Positions 1 through 9,915 are shown, numbered from the stretch's first letter. The stretch is 64,000 nucleotides of DNA from an uncultured bacterium (GCA_903826405.1 CAIKEH010000054.1:8027-72026); one strand, 5' to 3'. Numbers and translations: made by a program. Notes: generated by a model not told the origin, from the sequence alone.

Positions 1-285
1 AAACTCTATATCATAGACTCCATAGACTTTGGATACGAAGGTGTAAGATCCTGAAGTATCCGTTGTGATGGTGAAGACGGAGTCATTATAGCGATTGCTT
101 ATGGTCACGGATACGCCGCTCTTGTCGGTGATTGCTATTCCCTTGTCGTCATAAAGGTTGACCTTCCCCGTGAGGTTTGTTGCGGATCCAGGAATCACAG
201 GCGTGACAGGGGTTGTGGAATTCTTCTTGCAAGAAATGGCCAGAAAGAAGCCAAATACTAGGACAATTGATACTTGTTTGTTCAT
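1..285 (-). CDS. Lipoprotein with carboxypeptidase-regulatory-like (beta-sandwich) domain, runs off the window edge; not in ORF track
   Basis: Hand translation from ATG at 285: MNKQVSIVLVFGFFLAISCKKNSTTPVTPVIPGSATNLTGKVNLYDDKGIAITDKSGVSVTISNRYNDSVFTITTDTSGSYTFVSKVYGVYDIEF. Lipobox LAISC; clear paralog of 402..1196 (shared YDDKG, DKxGV, YGxYD). Confidence 0.75.
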   Translation of the reverse strand, partial: MNKQVSIVLVFGFFLAISCKKNSTTPVTPVIPGSATNLTGKVNLYDDKGIAITDKSGVSVTISNRYNDSVFTITTDTSGSYTFVSKVYGVYDIEF

Positions 286-322
286 TCCATCTGATTTCAA
301 GCCTTCCGGCATTAGGGGAATG

Positions 323-330
323 CAAAAATA
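323..330 (-). promoter_or_regulatory. Bacteroidota -7 promoter element (TATTTTTG) for the 1..285 lipoprotein
   Basis: caaaaata on + strand matches TAnnTTTG on the - strand, about 40 nt upstream of the start. Confidence 0.5.
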
Positions 331-401
331 ATCCAATTAGCCGCCAATTCCGATATATGGCTGAAAAAGCTTTGTGAAGAATTTGCCAATTTGAACCCCA
401 A

Positions 402-1196
402 TCAGGGTACTATGAAGCTAAAAGCAGGCTGTGTCGTCATGTTCAGGTTCGGGAAAATGCGTTTTCCCGAAACCGGGTCAGTATAATCATTAGGTTGGGC
501 GGACTCGCCATAAGCAATCATGTAAACGGTTTGTCCGCTGCTGAAACCATAAATCGTGCGGAGTTCATCTCTGGTGAAACCACCCGTAGCGTTGTTGCTG
601 ATGAGAGATCGTGGTGTCGCTACAACTCCATAGTTCGCATTGGAAACTTGAGGATCAAGGCTCATGAAGATGCGGAAGAATCCCCTGGAGGTTGTACTGG
701 GATCGGGCGAGACGGAAATAGTATAACTCATGCCGGGTACACCATTATAAGTGCTGTCTTGAAAAGTGAACGCAGTGATAGAGGTCGAAGAAAGTTGACC
801 CAATTGTATCGTGGAGAGCAGTGTGCCGTTCACAGTGGCGCTGGCATTATAGGCATGTGTGACATTGAATACTTTATAAGTACCGATATCGTTCCTCGAA
901 TAGCTCATATCATAGGTGCCGTAAGGAATGTTGGCGAAAGCGAATTTGCCGGTGGTAAGAGTAGTAGCTTTTGAAACTTCTACCCCACCCTTGAGCAGTG
1001 ATACTTTAACACCCGCCTTATCATCGGCGTTTGCATTCCCCTTATCGTCGTACATGATGATGGATCCGGTGATGGCACCTTTGGTCGTTGAATTACCTCC
1101 TCCTCCTCCTCCTGTATCTATCTTGGAGCAGGAAAGAAGTCCTGAAAAAATAAGGGCCAATGCCGCTAAAGAGTAAATATGTTTCATTTGACGCAT
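402..1196 (-). CDS. Lipoprotein, carboxypeptidase-regulatory-like domain, Gly6 linker after the lipidated Cys
   Basis: Signal peptide ending LLSC; GGGGGG encoded by (GGA)n; GKFAFANIPYGTYDMSY is typical of CarboxypepD_reg-like folds. Confidence 0.65.
   Translation of the reverse strand: MRQMKHIYSLAALALIFSGLLSCSKIDTGGGGGGNSTTKGAITGSIIMYDDKGNANADDKAGVKVSLLKGGVEVSKATTLTTGKFAFANIPYGTYDMSYSRNDIGTYKVFNVTHAYNASATVNGTLLSTIQLGQLSSTSITAFTFQDSTYNGVPGMSYTISVSPDPSTTSRGFFRIFMSLDPQVSNANYGVVATPRSLISNNATGGFTRDELRTIYGFSSGQTVYMIAYGESAQPNDYTDPVSGKRIFPNLNMTTQPAFSFIVP
1096..1113. repeat. (CCT)6 trinucleotide microsatellite encoding the poly-Gly linker
   Basis: cctcctcctcctcctcct read directly. Confidence 0.9.
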
Positions 1197-1293
1197 GACA
1201 AAGATTTGAAAGGATTTAAACCAAGCCTGAGCAACGGCAGGACAAATTTATCCAAATCAGGAAAACATCCCACTTTATGTAATTAAAGGTTTG

Positions 1294-1301
1294 CAAAAAT
1301 A
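1294..1301 (-). promoter_or_regulatory. -7 promoter element (TATTTTTG) for the 402..1196 lipoprotein
   Basis: caaaaata on + strand in the intergenic gap. Confidence 0.45.
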
Positions 1302-1321
1302 CCGGATCCGCTATTAACTGG

Positions 1322-3277
1322 TCACTTTTCCACCTTATGATCCAAGATCATGAATCCATATGGCGGAATCACAAGGTATTCGTCGTCCCGACCTACAAGC
1401 AAATCCCTGCCCGTCCAATGGTCATGCAGTCGAACGGCAGCGGGTCCATGTTCTTTGAAAATATACCAGGTGATGAACTTATCCGTCGCGCTGTAGTTGA
1501 ACAGGCAGTATATCTTCTTCCCATTCCATTGGCGCAGAAAGCCCGCAACGTGTATATTATGGGGTGTGAGCCAGCTCATATTCTTCAGATCAGCGAACAA
1601 TTCATGGTCACGGCGAATGGAAAGCATTTTCCGATTTGCGGAATAGATACGCGCTTCGATGGTGTCTGCCTGATGAACCCGTGCATTTTTCTCCCAGTCG
1701 ATCAACGGTCGATGCATCCACCTGTTGTCATAATGTTTTGAGGGATCATCTTTCCAGGAATAGTCATTCACATAACCCAATTCATCTCCATAGAATAGCA
1801 TCGGCATCCCACCTATGAAAATACTGTGTGCCTGCATCATTAGAATTCGTGCGATCGCCGTATCGATAGCCCTGGCCTGACCGGATGAGATAGCCTGTTC
1901 CAATCCGCATAGTGAGGCAAGCGACCCGCTGATGCGGGCATCACCGGTCCGTGGGTTCGCGGAAAAGAGAGCACCCATGGCAGGTGATCCCTCTTGCACA
2001 CCGGTAAAATATCGCTGGAGGAAAAGTCGATGTTCGCGAGGGTCAAAACCTGCCTGGGCTATCGTTTGATCCGAATAACCGAGTCCTATATCGTCGTGGC
2101 AGCGGGTATACGTGATCCACGAAGTGCCGAAAGGTTTCTGCATGAGTTCATGCTGAGCGGCTAGCATGATCCGGGTGTCTCCAGAGGCCAAGGCATCCCA
2201 CTGCAATGCCATCTGAGTGGCATTGTAAGCAAAATCACATTCCCTCGCCGTGTATGTTCCTGTTCCGAAATATTTCATGATCTCTTGCGGTGCCACGATG
2301 GCTTCTCCCAAAAGAGCCATGCCCGGAGTGGCGATGGAAGTACAGAGTTTGATCAGCCGCAGTATGGAATGAGCCTCAGGTAGATTTTGGCAGGTGGTTC
2401 CCAATTGCTTCCATAGAAATGCAGGGGCATCGATTCGCAGGACATCCACCCCTAAATTGGCATAGTAGAAAATGTTATCCAGCATGCCGATGAATACGGC
2501 AGGATTTCGGTAATTGAGATCCCACTGATAGTTATGGAACACCGTCATTACCCATTGCTCACATTCCGGGATCCAAGTGAAATTTCCGGGTGAACTCTCC
2601 GGAAATATCTCCGGCATCGTGGCATCGAATGCATCAGGCACGTTTCTGTCGGGGAAGAAATAATAATGATCCTGATAATAAGATTCGCCTTTTCTGGCCC
2701 GTTTGGCCCAATCGTGTCTGTCCGATGTATGATTGAGAACGATGTCCAACATAAGGTACATGTCCTTCTGCTGCAGTATTGCTTGTAGATTTTTCAGGTC
2801 GTCGACACTACCAAAACGCAGGTTGACTTTGCGGAAATCGCTTACGGCATATCCGCCATCGCTCGCTTCTTCAGGACTCTCAAAGATCGGCATCAGATGA
2901 AGCAGATTGATCCCAAGATCTTCCAAATGATCCAGTTTTCCAGGTAGTTCGTGCAGACTTCCGCAGTAACGATCAACATAAAGGCTCATGCCGGCGAGTT
3001 GGTTGCTCAAGAACCAGTTGCCTTTTTTTTCTTTCCATGAATCACGTGACCTCATTTCTGATGGTCGTGACCGATAAGCATCAATGATCATTTCCATCAG
3101 ATCTTCAAAAAGCCTTCGTCCCTCCGGATGGCCGGAATACAGTTCCAGATAAAGATCCTCCAAGTCGCTTGAGTTGGCCAGAAATCGGGCATAGAATCCA
3201 TTGTCCGGTCCGGCAATGGATAGTCCGCCTCGAGTACAGAGATCGTTCAGATGTTCATGCAAGGTGTGACGGTACAT
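1322..3277 (-). CDS. Amylosucrase-like GH13 (GH13_4-type) glucosyltransferase/sucrose hydrolase
   Basis: GH13 motifs SDGGYAVSDF, DIVLNHTS, LRIDAPAFLWK (nucleophile Asp), GEAIV (acid/base Glu), RCHDDIG; all resemble amylosucrases. Confidence 0.85.
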   Translation of the reverse strand: MYRHTLHEHLNDLCTRGGLSIAGPDNGFYARFLANSSDLEDLYLELYSGHPEGRRLFEDLMEMIIDAYRSRPSEMRSRDSWKEKKGNWFLSNQLAGMSLYVDRYCGSLHELPGKLDHLEDLGINLLHLMPIFESPEEASDGGYAVSDFRKVNLRFGSVDDLKNLQAILQQKDMYLMLDIVLNHTSDRHDWAKRARKGESYYQDHYYFFPDRNVPDAFDATMPEIFPESSPGNFTWIPECEQWVMTVFHNYQWDLNYRNPAVFIGMLDNIFYYANLGVDVLRIDAPAFLWKQLGTTCQNLPEAHSILRLIKLCTSIATPGMALLGEAIVAPQEIMKYFGTGTYTARECDFAYNATQMALQWDALASGDTRIMLAAQHELMQKPFGTSWITYTRCHDDIGLGYSDQTIAQAGFDPREHRLFLQRYFTGVQEGSPAMGALFSANPRTGDARISGSLASLCGLEQAISSGQARAIDTAIARILMMQAHSIFIGGMPMLFYGDELGYVNDYSWKDDPSKHYDNRWMHRPLIDWEKNARVHQADTIEARIYSANRKMLSIRRDHELFADLKNMSWLTPHNIHVAGFLRQWNGKKIYCLFNYSATDKFITWYIFKEHGPAAVRLHDHWTGRDLLVGRDDEYLVIPPYGFMILDHKVEK

Positions 3278-3286
3278 AGTATAGGG

Positions 3287-4243
3287 TCATTTGAAAATAT
3301 CGGCGCTGAGGTGACGAAAGGCCTCCATGGCACCCAGATATTGGCAGGTTCTCGCACCGGCCTTATTCGCGTTATGAACATATCGTTCCCACCGATCATG
3401 TGTGAAGTCGATGATCTGTTTTCTGTCATGATCACCCAGTTGGTAAAGAAGAGCCCCTACAAATGCATCCCCAGCTCCGGTAGTATCCACCTGCTCCACT
3501 TCGATACTACCCACGATGCTGGTCTTTTTTGAAGAACAGAGAAGAGCCCCTTCCTTTCCTAATGTAATGGTAAAGATCGCAGGCGTCCTTCGTCTGAATT
3601 CCTCCACTGCATGCTCGACGGTACTCTTACCCGTGATGAGAAGTGCTTCTTCGTCACTGACCTTAAAAAAATCACAATGCTCAATGAAATTCCAGGACTG
3701 ACGAATGAAAGATGGTTGACTATCGCCGAAAAGGAGATGGCGATAGTTGGGGTCGAAACTGATGAAACGGCCAGCCAACCTCGCCTTTCCAAGCAGATCT
3801 GAATAGGCATCCTGAAGCGGACCAGGCAAGAAAGCCGTTGCTGACCCGAAATGGAAAATGGAGTATCCTGAAATGGAAAGTCCTTCGAGGTCGATTCGGC
3901 TGAGTGCAGCATCGGCACCCCGGTTGAAATAGAAATCCCTTTCCCCATTTTCCATCAGGGATACAAAGGCAAAAGTGGTGAAAAGGCTATTATCCTTGAG
4001 CATCCAGGCTGTTCCCACCCCGAATGAATTCATCACTTCAGTCAGGTGAGCGCCGAAGGGATCCTTTCCTACTTTGGCGGCCAGATCGACGTTCCCACCC
4101 AGTGCAGCGATTGCAGCTGCCACATTTGCCGGAGCGCCACCAGCTTTCTTGATGAATTGTTCACCGAATTGCAATGCCTTCCCCTTATCTGTACAGATCA
4201 TGTCTATCAGTGATTCCCCAATGCAAAGGATCTTGTTCCTCAT
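3287..4243 (-). CDS. PfkB family carbohydrate kinase (probable fructokinase); start moved from 4312 to MRNKILCIGE
   Basis: GGAPANVA, DPNYR and DTTGAGDAFVG PfkB signatures. Confidence 0.9.
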   Translation of the reverse strand: MRNKILCIGESLIDMICTDKGKALQFGEQFIKKAGGAPANVAAAIAALGGNVDLAAKVGKDPFGAHLTEVMNSFGVGTAWMLKDNSLFTTFAFVSLMENGERDFYFNRGADAALSRIDLEGLSISGYSIFHFGSATAFLPGPLQDAYSDLLGKARLAGRFISFDPNYRHLLFGDSQPSFIRQSWNFIEHCDFFKVSDEEALLITGKSTVEHAVEEFRRRTPAIFTITLGKEGALLCSSKKTSIVGSIEVEQVDTTGAGDAFVGALLYQLGDHDRKQIIDFTHDRWERYVHNANKAGARTCQYLGAMEAFRHLSADIFK

Positions 4244-4268
4244 ACCTTTTCGATTGAATTTCTTTATT

Positions 4269-5615
4269 TCATCCACCGACTCGCGATGGGATATTTGATG
4301 AATTTTCCTCAAAAGGTTCAGCGGGACTTATGAGTAATGTCGCCGCACAGGCAATGAGGAGCAGCACTCCACCAAAACTGATGGCTCTTCTTGGATCATT
4401 ATCCAGAAAATGCTGCAGTACATAACCGAAGGTCACCGTCTGCAGGATCATCGGGATCACAATCATCATATTTATGATCCCCATATATACTCCATAACGT
4501 TCTTTGGGTATGTTGTTCACCACCATCAAATACGGAACGCCCATCATACTTGCCCATGCCACACCGAATCCGGTCATGGGGGCGAACAAAATATACTTGT
4601 TGCCGATGTGTGGGAATATAAGCAGGCCTACACCCGCCATGAAAAGACAGATGACATGTACCATCTTGGGACTGGTCCTTTTCGTCAGCCATACGAGCGC
4701 GAATGCAGACAAGAAGGTGACCACATTATACCAACCATTCACCAAACCTGCCCAGCCTACGGCCTCCTGATACTTTTCCGGATCACTGGAAGGTGTTGCA
4801 TTCCAAACCGAAAGACCGATACTTTTGGAAGCATTCTGCCAATAGCAAAACAGAGCATACCACTGGAAAAGATATACCAAGGCCAACTGCCACATCACCT
4901 TCGGCATTTCCCGAACGGCACTTATGATCTCGATGAAAGGTGTGAACATGTTTGATCTTCTCGATCGCATGATCTCCAGTTCCATATCCGATGGTGGGAT
5001 CTCCGGTGTCCTACTGACTGACCAGGAAACGGAGGCGATGGAACATAACGATCCGAGGAAAAAAGAACCGAAAACCCAGTACGGGATCTGCCCGTGCATC
5101 TGTTTCAGATAGCCGATTTTCTGAAAAACAAACAACGATATATTGGCCAGAGTTATACCAAGGCCGGTGAAGAAACTCTGTGTCAGGAAGCCCGTTGCAT
5201 GCTGTGAAGGTGGTAATTTATCGGCGATGAAGGCCCGGTAAGGCTCCATGGCCGTGTTGTTAGCAGCATCCAATATCCAGAGCATTCCACCTGCCATCCA
5301 GAGAGAACTGCTGAAAGGATAAAAGAATAAGCATATGCTGCAAAGCAATGCACCGATCATGAAATAGGGCTTTCTTCTTCCGAATCGAGGATGCCAGGTC
5401 TTATCACTCATCGCCCCGATGATAGGCTGGACAAGCAGTCCGGTCATAGGACCCGCAAGATTCAGGATCGGGATCTGGTCAGGGTGAGCCCCTAGAAAAT
5501 CATAGATCGGATTCACGGCACTTTGCTGAAGACCAAAACTGTACTGGATCCCAAAGAATCCGACATTCATGTTGATGATCTGTGAGAAACTCAGCCGTGG
5601 TTTGAAAAGTGACAT
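4269..5615 (-). CDS. MFS transporter, sucrose/maltose:H+ symporter-like (GPH/SLC45 type)
   Basis: About 12 hydrophobic segments; GLLVQPIIGAMSDKTW..FGRRKPY; LDAANNTAMEPYRAFIAD. Confidence 0.85.
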   Translation of the reverse strand: MSLFKPRLSFSQIINMNVGFFGIQYSFGLQQSAVNPIYDFLGAHPDQIPILNLAGPMTGLLVQPIIGAMSDKTWHPRFGRRKPYFMIGALLCSICLFFYPFSSSLWMAGGMLWILDAANNTAMEPYRAFIADKLPPSQHATGFLTQSFFTGLGITLANISLFVFQKIGYLKQMHGQIPYWVFGSFFLGSLCSIASVSWSVSRTPEIPPSDMELEIMRSRRSNMFTPFIEIISAVREMPKVMWQLALVYLFQWYALFCYWQNASKSIGLSVWNATPSSDPEKYQEAVGWAGLVNGWYNVVTFLSAFALVWLTKRTSPKMVHVICLFMAGVGLLIFPHIGNKYILFAPMTGFGVAWASMMGVPYLMVVNNIPKERYGVYMGIINMMIVIPMILQTVTFGYVLQHFLDNDPRRAISFGGVLLLIACAATLLISPAEPFEENSSNIPSRVGG

Positions 5616-5672
5616 GGTCGGGTTGGTTGGATGAAAGGGAGAACGCCTACCCTTTCAAAAGGGGATAGCCTT

Positions 5673-5680
5673 CAAATATA
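5673..5680 (-). promoter_or_regulatory. -7 promoter element (TATATTTG) for the MFS-kinase-GH13 operon
   Basis: caaatata on + strand, about 58 nt upstream of ATG 5615. Confidence 0.5.
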
Positions 5681-5747
5681 AATCAAGAAGATGGAAAGAG
5701 CTGGCAACAAGACAATGAAAAGACGACCGGAACAAAATAGGACAAAT

Positions 5748-5761
5748 TGCAATCGTTTGAA
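5748..5761. promoter_or_regulatory. Possible LacI-family operator
   Basis: tgcaatcgtttgaa matches TGNAANCGNTTNCA with one mismatch, upstream of a sugar operon. Confidence 0.35.
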
Positions 5762-5980
5762 ATACCCCTGGAACAATCGAGTAATGCCCCAATTAATCGG
5801 AACTCTTCAGCAGAAGCCTCAGAAAAGAGTGATCACCCACGGTAAGGAAAAGGTTGACTTCATTACCTGAACAGGACCTTGAATACAATTTCTCCAACAA
5901 AAGATGCCGGCTTTTCCCATATTGACGGGCCCCGAGCCCACCGTCAGGACTACTTTGCTACCTGAAGATTCCGATCAACA

Positions 5981-7645
5981 TCAAAGTCTAGGGCCTTGGA
6001 ACCCAAGGTTACGTAACCCTCGCTTGATTTCAGGACAGCTCATGAAAAGGTTCCAGATCAAACCTGTACGGTAATTTTCTATCATCACAATGATCGGCCC
6101 CTGGTCAATCGCCAGAAAGGAATCTGCAAACCACAAGTCGTTCAACCGGAATGCATCTATGAATCCGTATGGTTTCCAAAGTTTATCTCCAAGAGTGTAA
6201 TAAAAAAATCTCAGGGTCTCCATCGACTCTTTGGGTGTGTACGCTAATGAGGATAACGCTGCTGTCGGACTGATCACCCCTGGATCATTACCGGGTTCAT
6301 TGGCGTTATATCCGCCCGGAACATCACTAGCTGTGAGTCCCCAACATAGACCACTGTAACCAAAATGACCTTGGGGATTGGCCATACAATATGATCTATT
6401 GATCTTGGAATGACTTTTCACTTGCAGTCCATAATCCGCATAGGTATCATATAATCCGTTCGGATCGATCCCCAGAAAAGAGTAATGGGACCAGAATAAT
6501 GGACCTCCGTTTGGGGGGCCCAGAGGAAGGGTCTGTCCAAAGTAAATCTGACCATTCCGCATGGCTCCATTCCCTGCCCATCCGTTCTGATAAACCGGAA
6601 GAGATATGGGATCGGCATTCGATGAAGCGGCTAAAGCATATACGATCAGCGCTTCATTCCATCCTTGCACCTTCATATTCATTGCCCAACCTAGATCTGC
6701 ACTCCAATGCCAGTACAGAACATCCTGTTGATTTTGACGGAACCAGTTCCACTCGACTCCATCCCAAATAGCATTGATCTGATCGCGAAGTGCGATCTCG
6801 GCCTGATCCGAACCACTGAAGTACTGCCTCGCAGTCAACAATCCGGCGAGTAAATATGATGTCTCAACCAGGTCACCTCCATTATCATTTGCACTGAATG
6901 GGATCGTAGACCCATTGCTGCCATTGATCCAATGAGCAAAAGCTCCATGATAACTTATACATCTGTCCCTCAGGAATCGTACGATCTTGGTGATCCGATC
7001 GCGCGTCTCTGTCCTGGAGATCAACCCCCTGTTTGCACAGGCAACCATGGCCATGATTCCGAAACCTGTTCCCCCCGTGGTCACGATATCCCCACTGCTG
7101 TTCCTTTCCCTCGCCATACCACTCACAGGATGCCCGAATTCCCAGAAAAATGCTAAGCTTCTGCGTTGAATGGAATCCAGCAAGGCCTCATCCGTGATCC
7201 TGGGGTATTTATCCGCCGAATCTATGCCCGACATGTAAATGCGTTCACCCGGATTGGACAGATTTTGACCAGAAACAGATCTGATGGAACTGCCCAAACT
7301 CAAATGAAAACTATCCAACCCTGGAATTTTGGTGGAAGGTTTCATTGAAACAATGCTATCGCTACTATCAAAAGTGTAATTCAGTTCTATCTTTCGTCCT
7401 TTCGAATCAGTGAGTTGAAGATATTGTTCTATTGAAGATCGGTTTACGGGAGAAGTGAATACCACACGAAACGTGGGCTGGAGTTTGATCCCACGTGGAA
7501 TACTGAGCATATCGATACCTTCCACCGTGACGGACCGAGCTTGCATATCGCCGTCAACGGGTTTTGTAAGGGAATCGTTTTTTTTCTTGCCACAGGAGCT
7601 CAGGAAAAAAAGAGCAAGCAAGATAGATCTGACAATTAATGACAT
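5981..7645 (-). CDS. Lipoprotein: N-terminal Ig-like domain + glucoamylase-family (GH144-type endo-beta-1,2-glucanase) domain
   Basis: Lipobox LSSC; Ig-like segment (VVFTSPVN...KPSTKI); catalytic domain FWEFGHPVSGMARER, GGTGFG, GDLVETSYL, GPLFWSHYSFLG, LAIDQGPI. Confidence 0.8.
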   Translation of the reverse strand: MSLIVRSILLALFFLSSCGKKKNDSLTKPVDGDMQARSVTVEGIDMLSIPRGIKLQPTFRVVFTSPVNRSSIEQYLQLTDSKGRKIELNYTFDSSDSIVSMKPSTKIPGLDSFHLSLGSSIRSVSGQNLSNPGERIYMSGIDSADKYPRITDEALLDSIQRRSLAFFWEFGHPVSGMARERNSSGDIVTTGGTGFGIMAMVACANRGLISRTETRDRITKIVRFLRDRCISYHGAFAHWINGSNGSTIPFSANDNGGDLVETSYLLAGLLTARQYFSGSDQAEIALRDQINAIWDGVEWNWFRQNQQDVLYWHWSADLGWAMNMKVQGWNEALIVYALAASSNADPISLPVYQNGWAGNGAMRNGQIYFGQTLPLGPPNGGPLFWSHYSFLGIDPNGLYDTYADYGLQVKSHSKINRSYCMANPQGHFGYSGLCWGLTASDVPGGYNANEPGNDPGVISPTAALSSLAYTPKESMETLRFFYYTLGDKLWKPYGFIDAFRLNDLWFADSFLAIDQGPIIVMIENYRTGLIWNLFMSCPEIKRGLRNLGFQGPRL

Positions 7646-7705
7646 GCGGCAATGATTAACATGAAATTTAAGTCTCTGATCAAAAATAATATCAACTCTT
7701 TACTA

Positions 7706-8215
7706 TCATCCCCTCACCAATCCTTTCTTCCGCAGCATGTTCAGCATGAGCGGTTCCCGTGCAGACACGTTTCGACCGCAGATGATGTCAAATATGAAAA
7801 TAGTGTGGTCTCCGGCAGGGGTTCTGGAATGCTCTTTCAATTGCAACCACGCTGCGGCGTCAGCAAGTACAGAATTGCCTTTCCATAGCACGACCGGGTA
7901 CTTGGCTGGCAATTTGCTCAACTTATCTACTTCCTTCCCGGTACGTTGACCTAAATATCTGACCAGACCATATTGATCCCTGGTCAACAATTGAAGTACA
8001 GCAGCGGATCCTGACTGGAGATTCAACAAAGTCTGCGTATCATCATAGACAGCCACCATGAACCGTTTGGGCTTCATACTGACGCCGGAAACATAAGTAC
8101 AGATGTTCATATTATGGCGATGATCAGGCCCTATCGTGCTCAGGCTCCAAACGGGAAGGTCGGACCGATTCCAAGGCTTTCGCAAGGATATTTTTTTTGT
8201 TTTTTCGGTTGTCAT
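7706..8215 (-). CDS. Flavin reductase-like (split-barrel) protein; start moved to MTTEK
   Basis: NMNICTYVSGVSMKP and GDHTIF motifs of the Flavin_Reduct family. Confidence 0.7.
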   Translation of the reverse strand: MTTEKTKKISLRKPWNRSDLPVWSLSTIGPDHRHNMNICTYVSGVSMKPKRFMVAVYDDTQTLLNLQSGSAAVLQLLTRDQYGLVRYLGQRTGKEVDKLSKLPAKYPVVLWKGNSVLADAAAWLQLKEHSRTPAGDHTIFIFDIICGRNVSAREPLMLNMLRKKGLVRG

Positions 8216-8310
8216 GAATGCCGGCGTGATGATAGATTTTGTAAAAGAAGATTTTCCCATCCATTATCGATCCGGAAGAGAAACCATGGAAAAACCGGAT
8301 CAATACGGGT

Positions 8311-8832
8311 TCATCCCCTCATTATTTTATAAATCCGTATCGAGACCAACAGCAAAAGGATCAAAGCGCCCAGACCCATCATACCCCATAACAGGCTAAG
8401 CTCCTGCTTTACTGTAACCAGTATCACGATGGCCACAAGGAACACAGTGGCCAATTCGTTCCAGATCCTGAGTTTTCCAGAGCTATAGTGGAATTCCCCC
8501 CGCAGTTGCTCCAGGTAAATCTTATGCAAAGAAAAATGATAAGCATAAAGCCCTGCAACCAAAATCAGCTTGACCCACAACCAGCCAGGCATTTGCCCGT
8601 ACATCCATGCCATGCTGAAGCCTAAAATAAAGGTGAGTATTGCAGACGGCCAAGTGATGCCAAGCCAAAGCCTTCTGATCATCAGATTGAATTGTTTGCG
8701 GAGTATCAATTTATCCGGCTCGGCCTGATCACCCGCTTCAGTATTGTAAATGAAAAGACGGACGATGTAGAACATACCGCTGAACCAGGTCACGATGAAA
8801 ATGATGTGGATCGCCTTGATATAGAAATACAT
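8311..8832 (-). CDS. hemJ: Protoporphyrinogen IX oxidase HemJ (CopD-like)
   Basis: KAIHIIFIVTWFSGMFYIVRLFIY, WLWVKL, LRIWNELAT; next to hemH. Confidence 0.9.
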   Translation of the reverse strand: MYFYIKAIHIIFIVTWFSGMFYIVRLFIYNTEAGDQAEPDKLILRKQFNLMIRRLWLGITWPSAILTFILGFSMAWMYGQMPGWLWVKLILVAGLYAYHFSLHKIYLEQLRGEFHYSSGKLRIWNELATVFLVAIVILVTVKQELSLLWGMMGLGALILLLLVSIRIYKIMRG

Positions 8833-8840
8833 GAACGGTA

Positions 8841-9896
8841 TTATTCTTTGATGGCATCAGGGGCTGATGCCTGCTGATGCACAAAGCTATGGATCCAGCC
8901 CGAAAGAACGGACACCCATCTTTGGTGCGTGTTCATGCAAGGAATGGCTGTGTACTCCGTACCCCCTGCGTCCAGGAAGGTTTCCCTTCCGCGCTCGGCG
9001 ATCTCTTCCAGAGTCTCGAGGCAATCGCTGACGAAAGCCGGGCAAACAATCAAGAGTCTTTTAATGCCCTCCTTCGGTAACTCTTCCAATCTTTTGTCCG
9101 TGAATGGCTGAAGCCAGCCGCTACCCAATCTGGACTGGAACGAAATGCTATATCGATCTGGAGGGATATGCAGCGCCTCCGCTACGAGGCGTGTGGTCTC
9201 AAAAACCTGGTGACGATAACAATGCGCGTGTGCGGGGGATGATATGGAACAGCACGCTGCTGAAGAAAGACAATGACCTTTGGTGGTGTCTGACTTTCTG
9301 ATATGCCGCTTGGGTATACCATGATAGCTGAAGAGAATATGATCATGGGGGCTTGCTATGAAAGACCTCATGCTCGATGCAAGTGCATCAATATAACCGG
9401 GATCATTATAATAGGGTTCCTTGAAACTCAGGTCAAAACCATATCCACCTTTGCGATGCGTGTCGCGGACATGCTCAACTGCAGTTTCATATGAAGACAT
9501 GGCATAATGAGGATAGAGCGGAATAGCCAGCACTTCTTCCAATCCGGGCTCTTGTTCAAGCAACTTATCAAAGGCTGCGCGTGGGGTGGAATCGCCATAT
9601 CTCATGGCTACCACCACCGGAACATCCACTTGTGCTTGCACGGCATCCCGTAGCTGACTGGTGAGCACGACCAATGGCGAACCCTCTTCAGTCCAAATGG
9701 TCCGGTATGCTTCAGCGGATTTGGGTGCCCGGAAGGGGACGATTATACCTCGTACGAGAAGTGAACGCAGCAGGTAAGGATAATCGATTACCCGCCCATC
9801 CATTAGGAATTCATTCAGATACCGACGGACGTCCTTCACCTGTGTGGAATCGGGCGAGCCGAGGTTCATTAGAATAATTCCGAACTTTCTTGACAT
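8841..9896 (-). CDS. hemH: Ferrochelatase
   Basis: LMNLGSP, PLYPHY, FSYHGIP, FQSRLG, FVSDCLETLEEI. Confidence 0.97.
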   Translation of the reverse strand: MSRKFGIILMNLGSPDSTQVKDVRRYLNEFLMDGRVIDYPYLLRSLLVRGIIVPFRAPKSAEAYRTIWTEEGSPLVVLTSQLRDAVQAQVDVPVVVAMRYGDSTPRAAFDKLLEQEPGLEEVLAIPLYPHYAMSSYETAVEHVRDTHRKGGYGFDLSFKEPYYNDPGYIDALASSMRSFIASPHDHILFSYHGIPKRHIRKSDTTKGHCLSSAACCSISSPAHAHCYRHQVFETTRLVAEALHIPPDRYSISFQSRLGSGWLQPFTDKRLEELPKEGIKRLLIVCPAFVSDCLETLEEIAERGRETFLDAGGTEYTAIPCMNTHQRWVSVLSGWIHSFVHQQASAPDAIKE

Positions 9897-9915
9897 GGTG
9901 ATTTAAAATAAGCAG

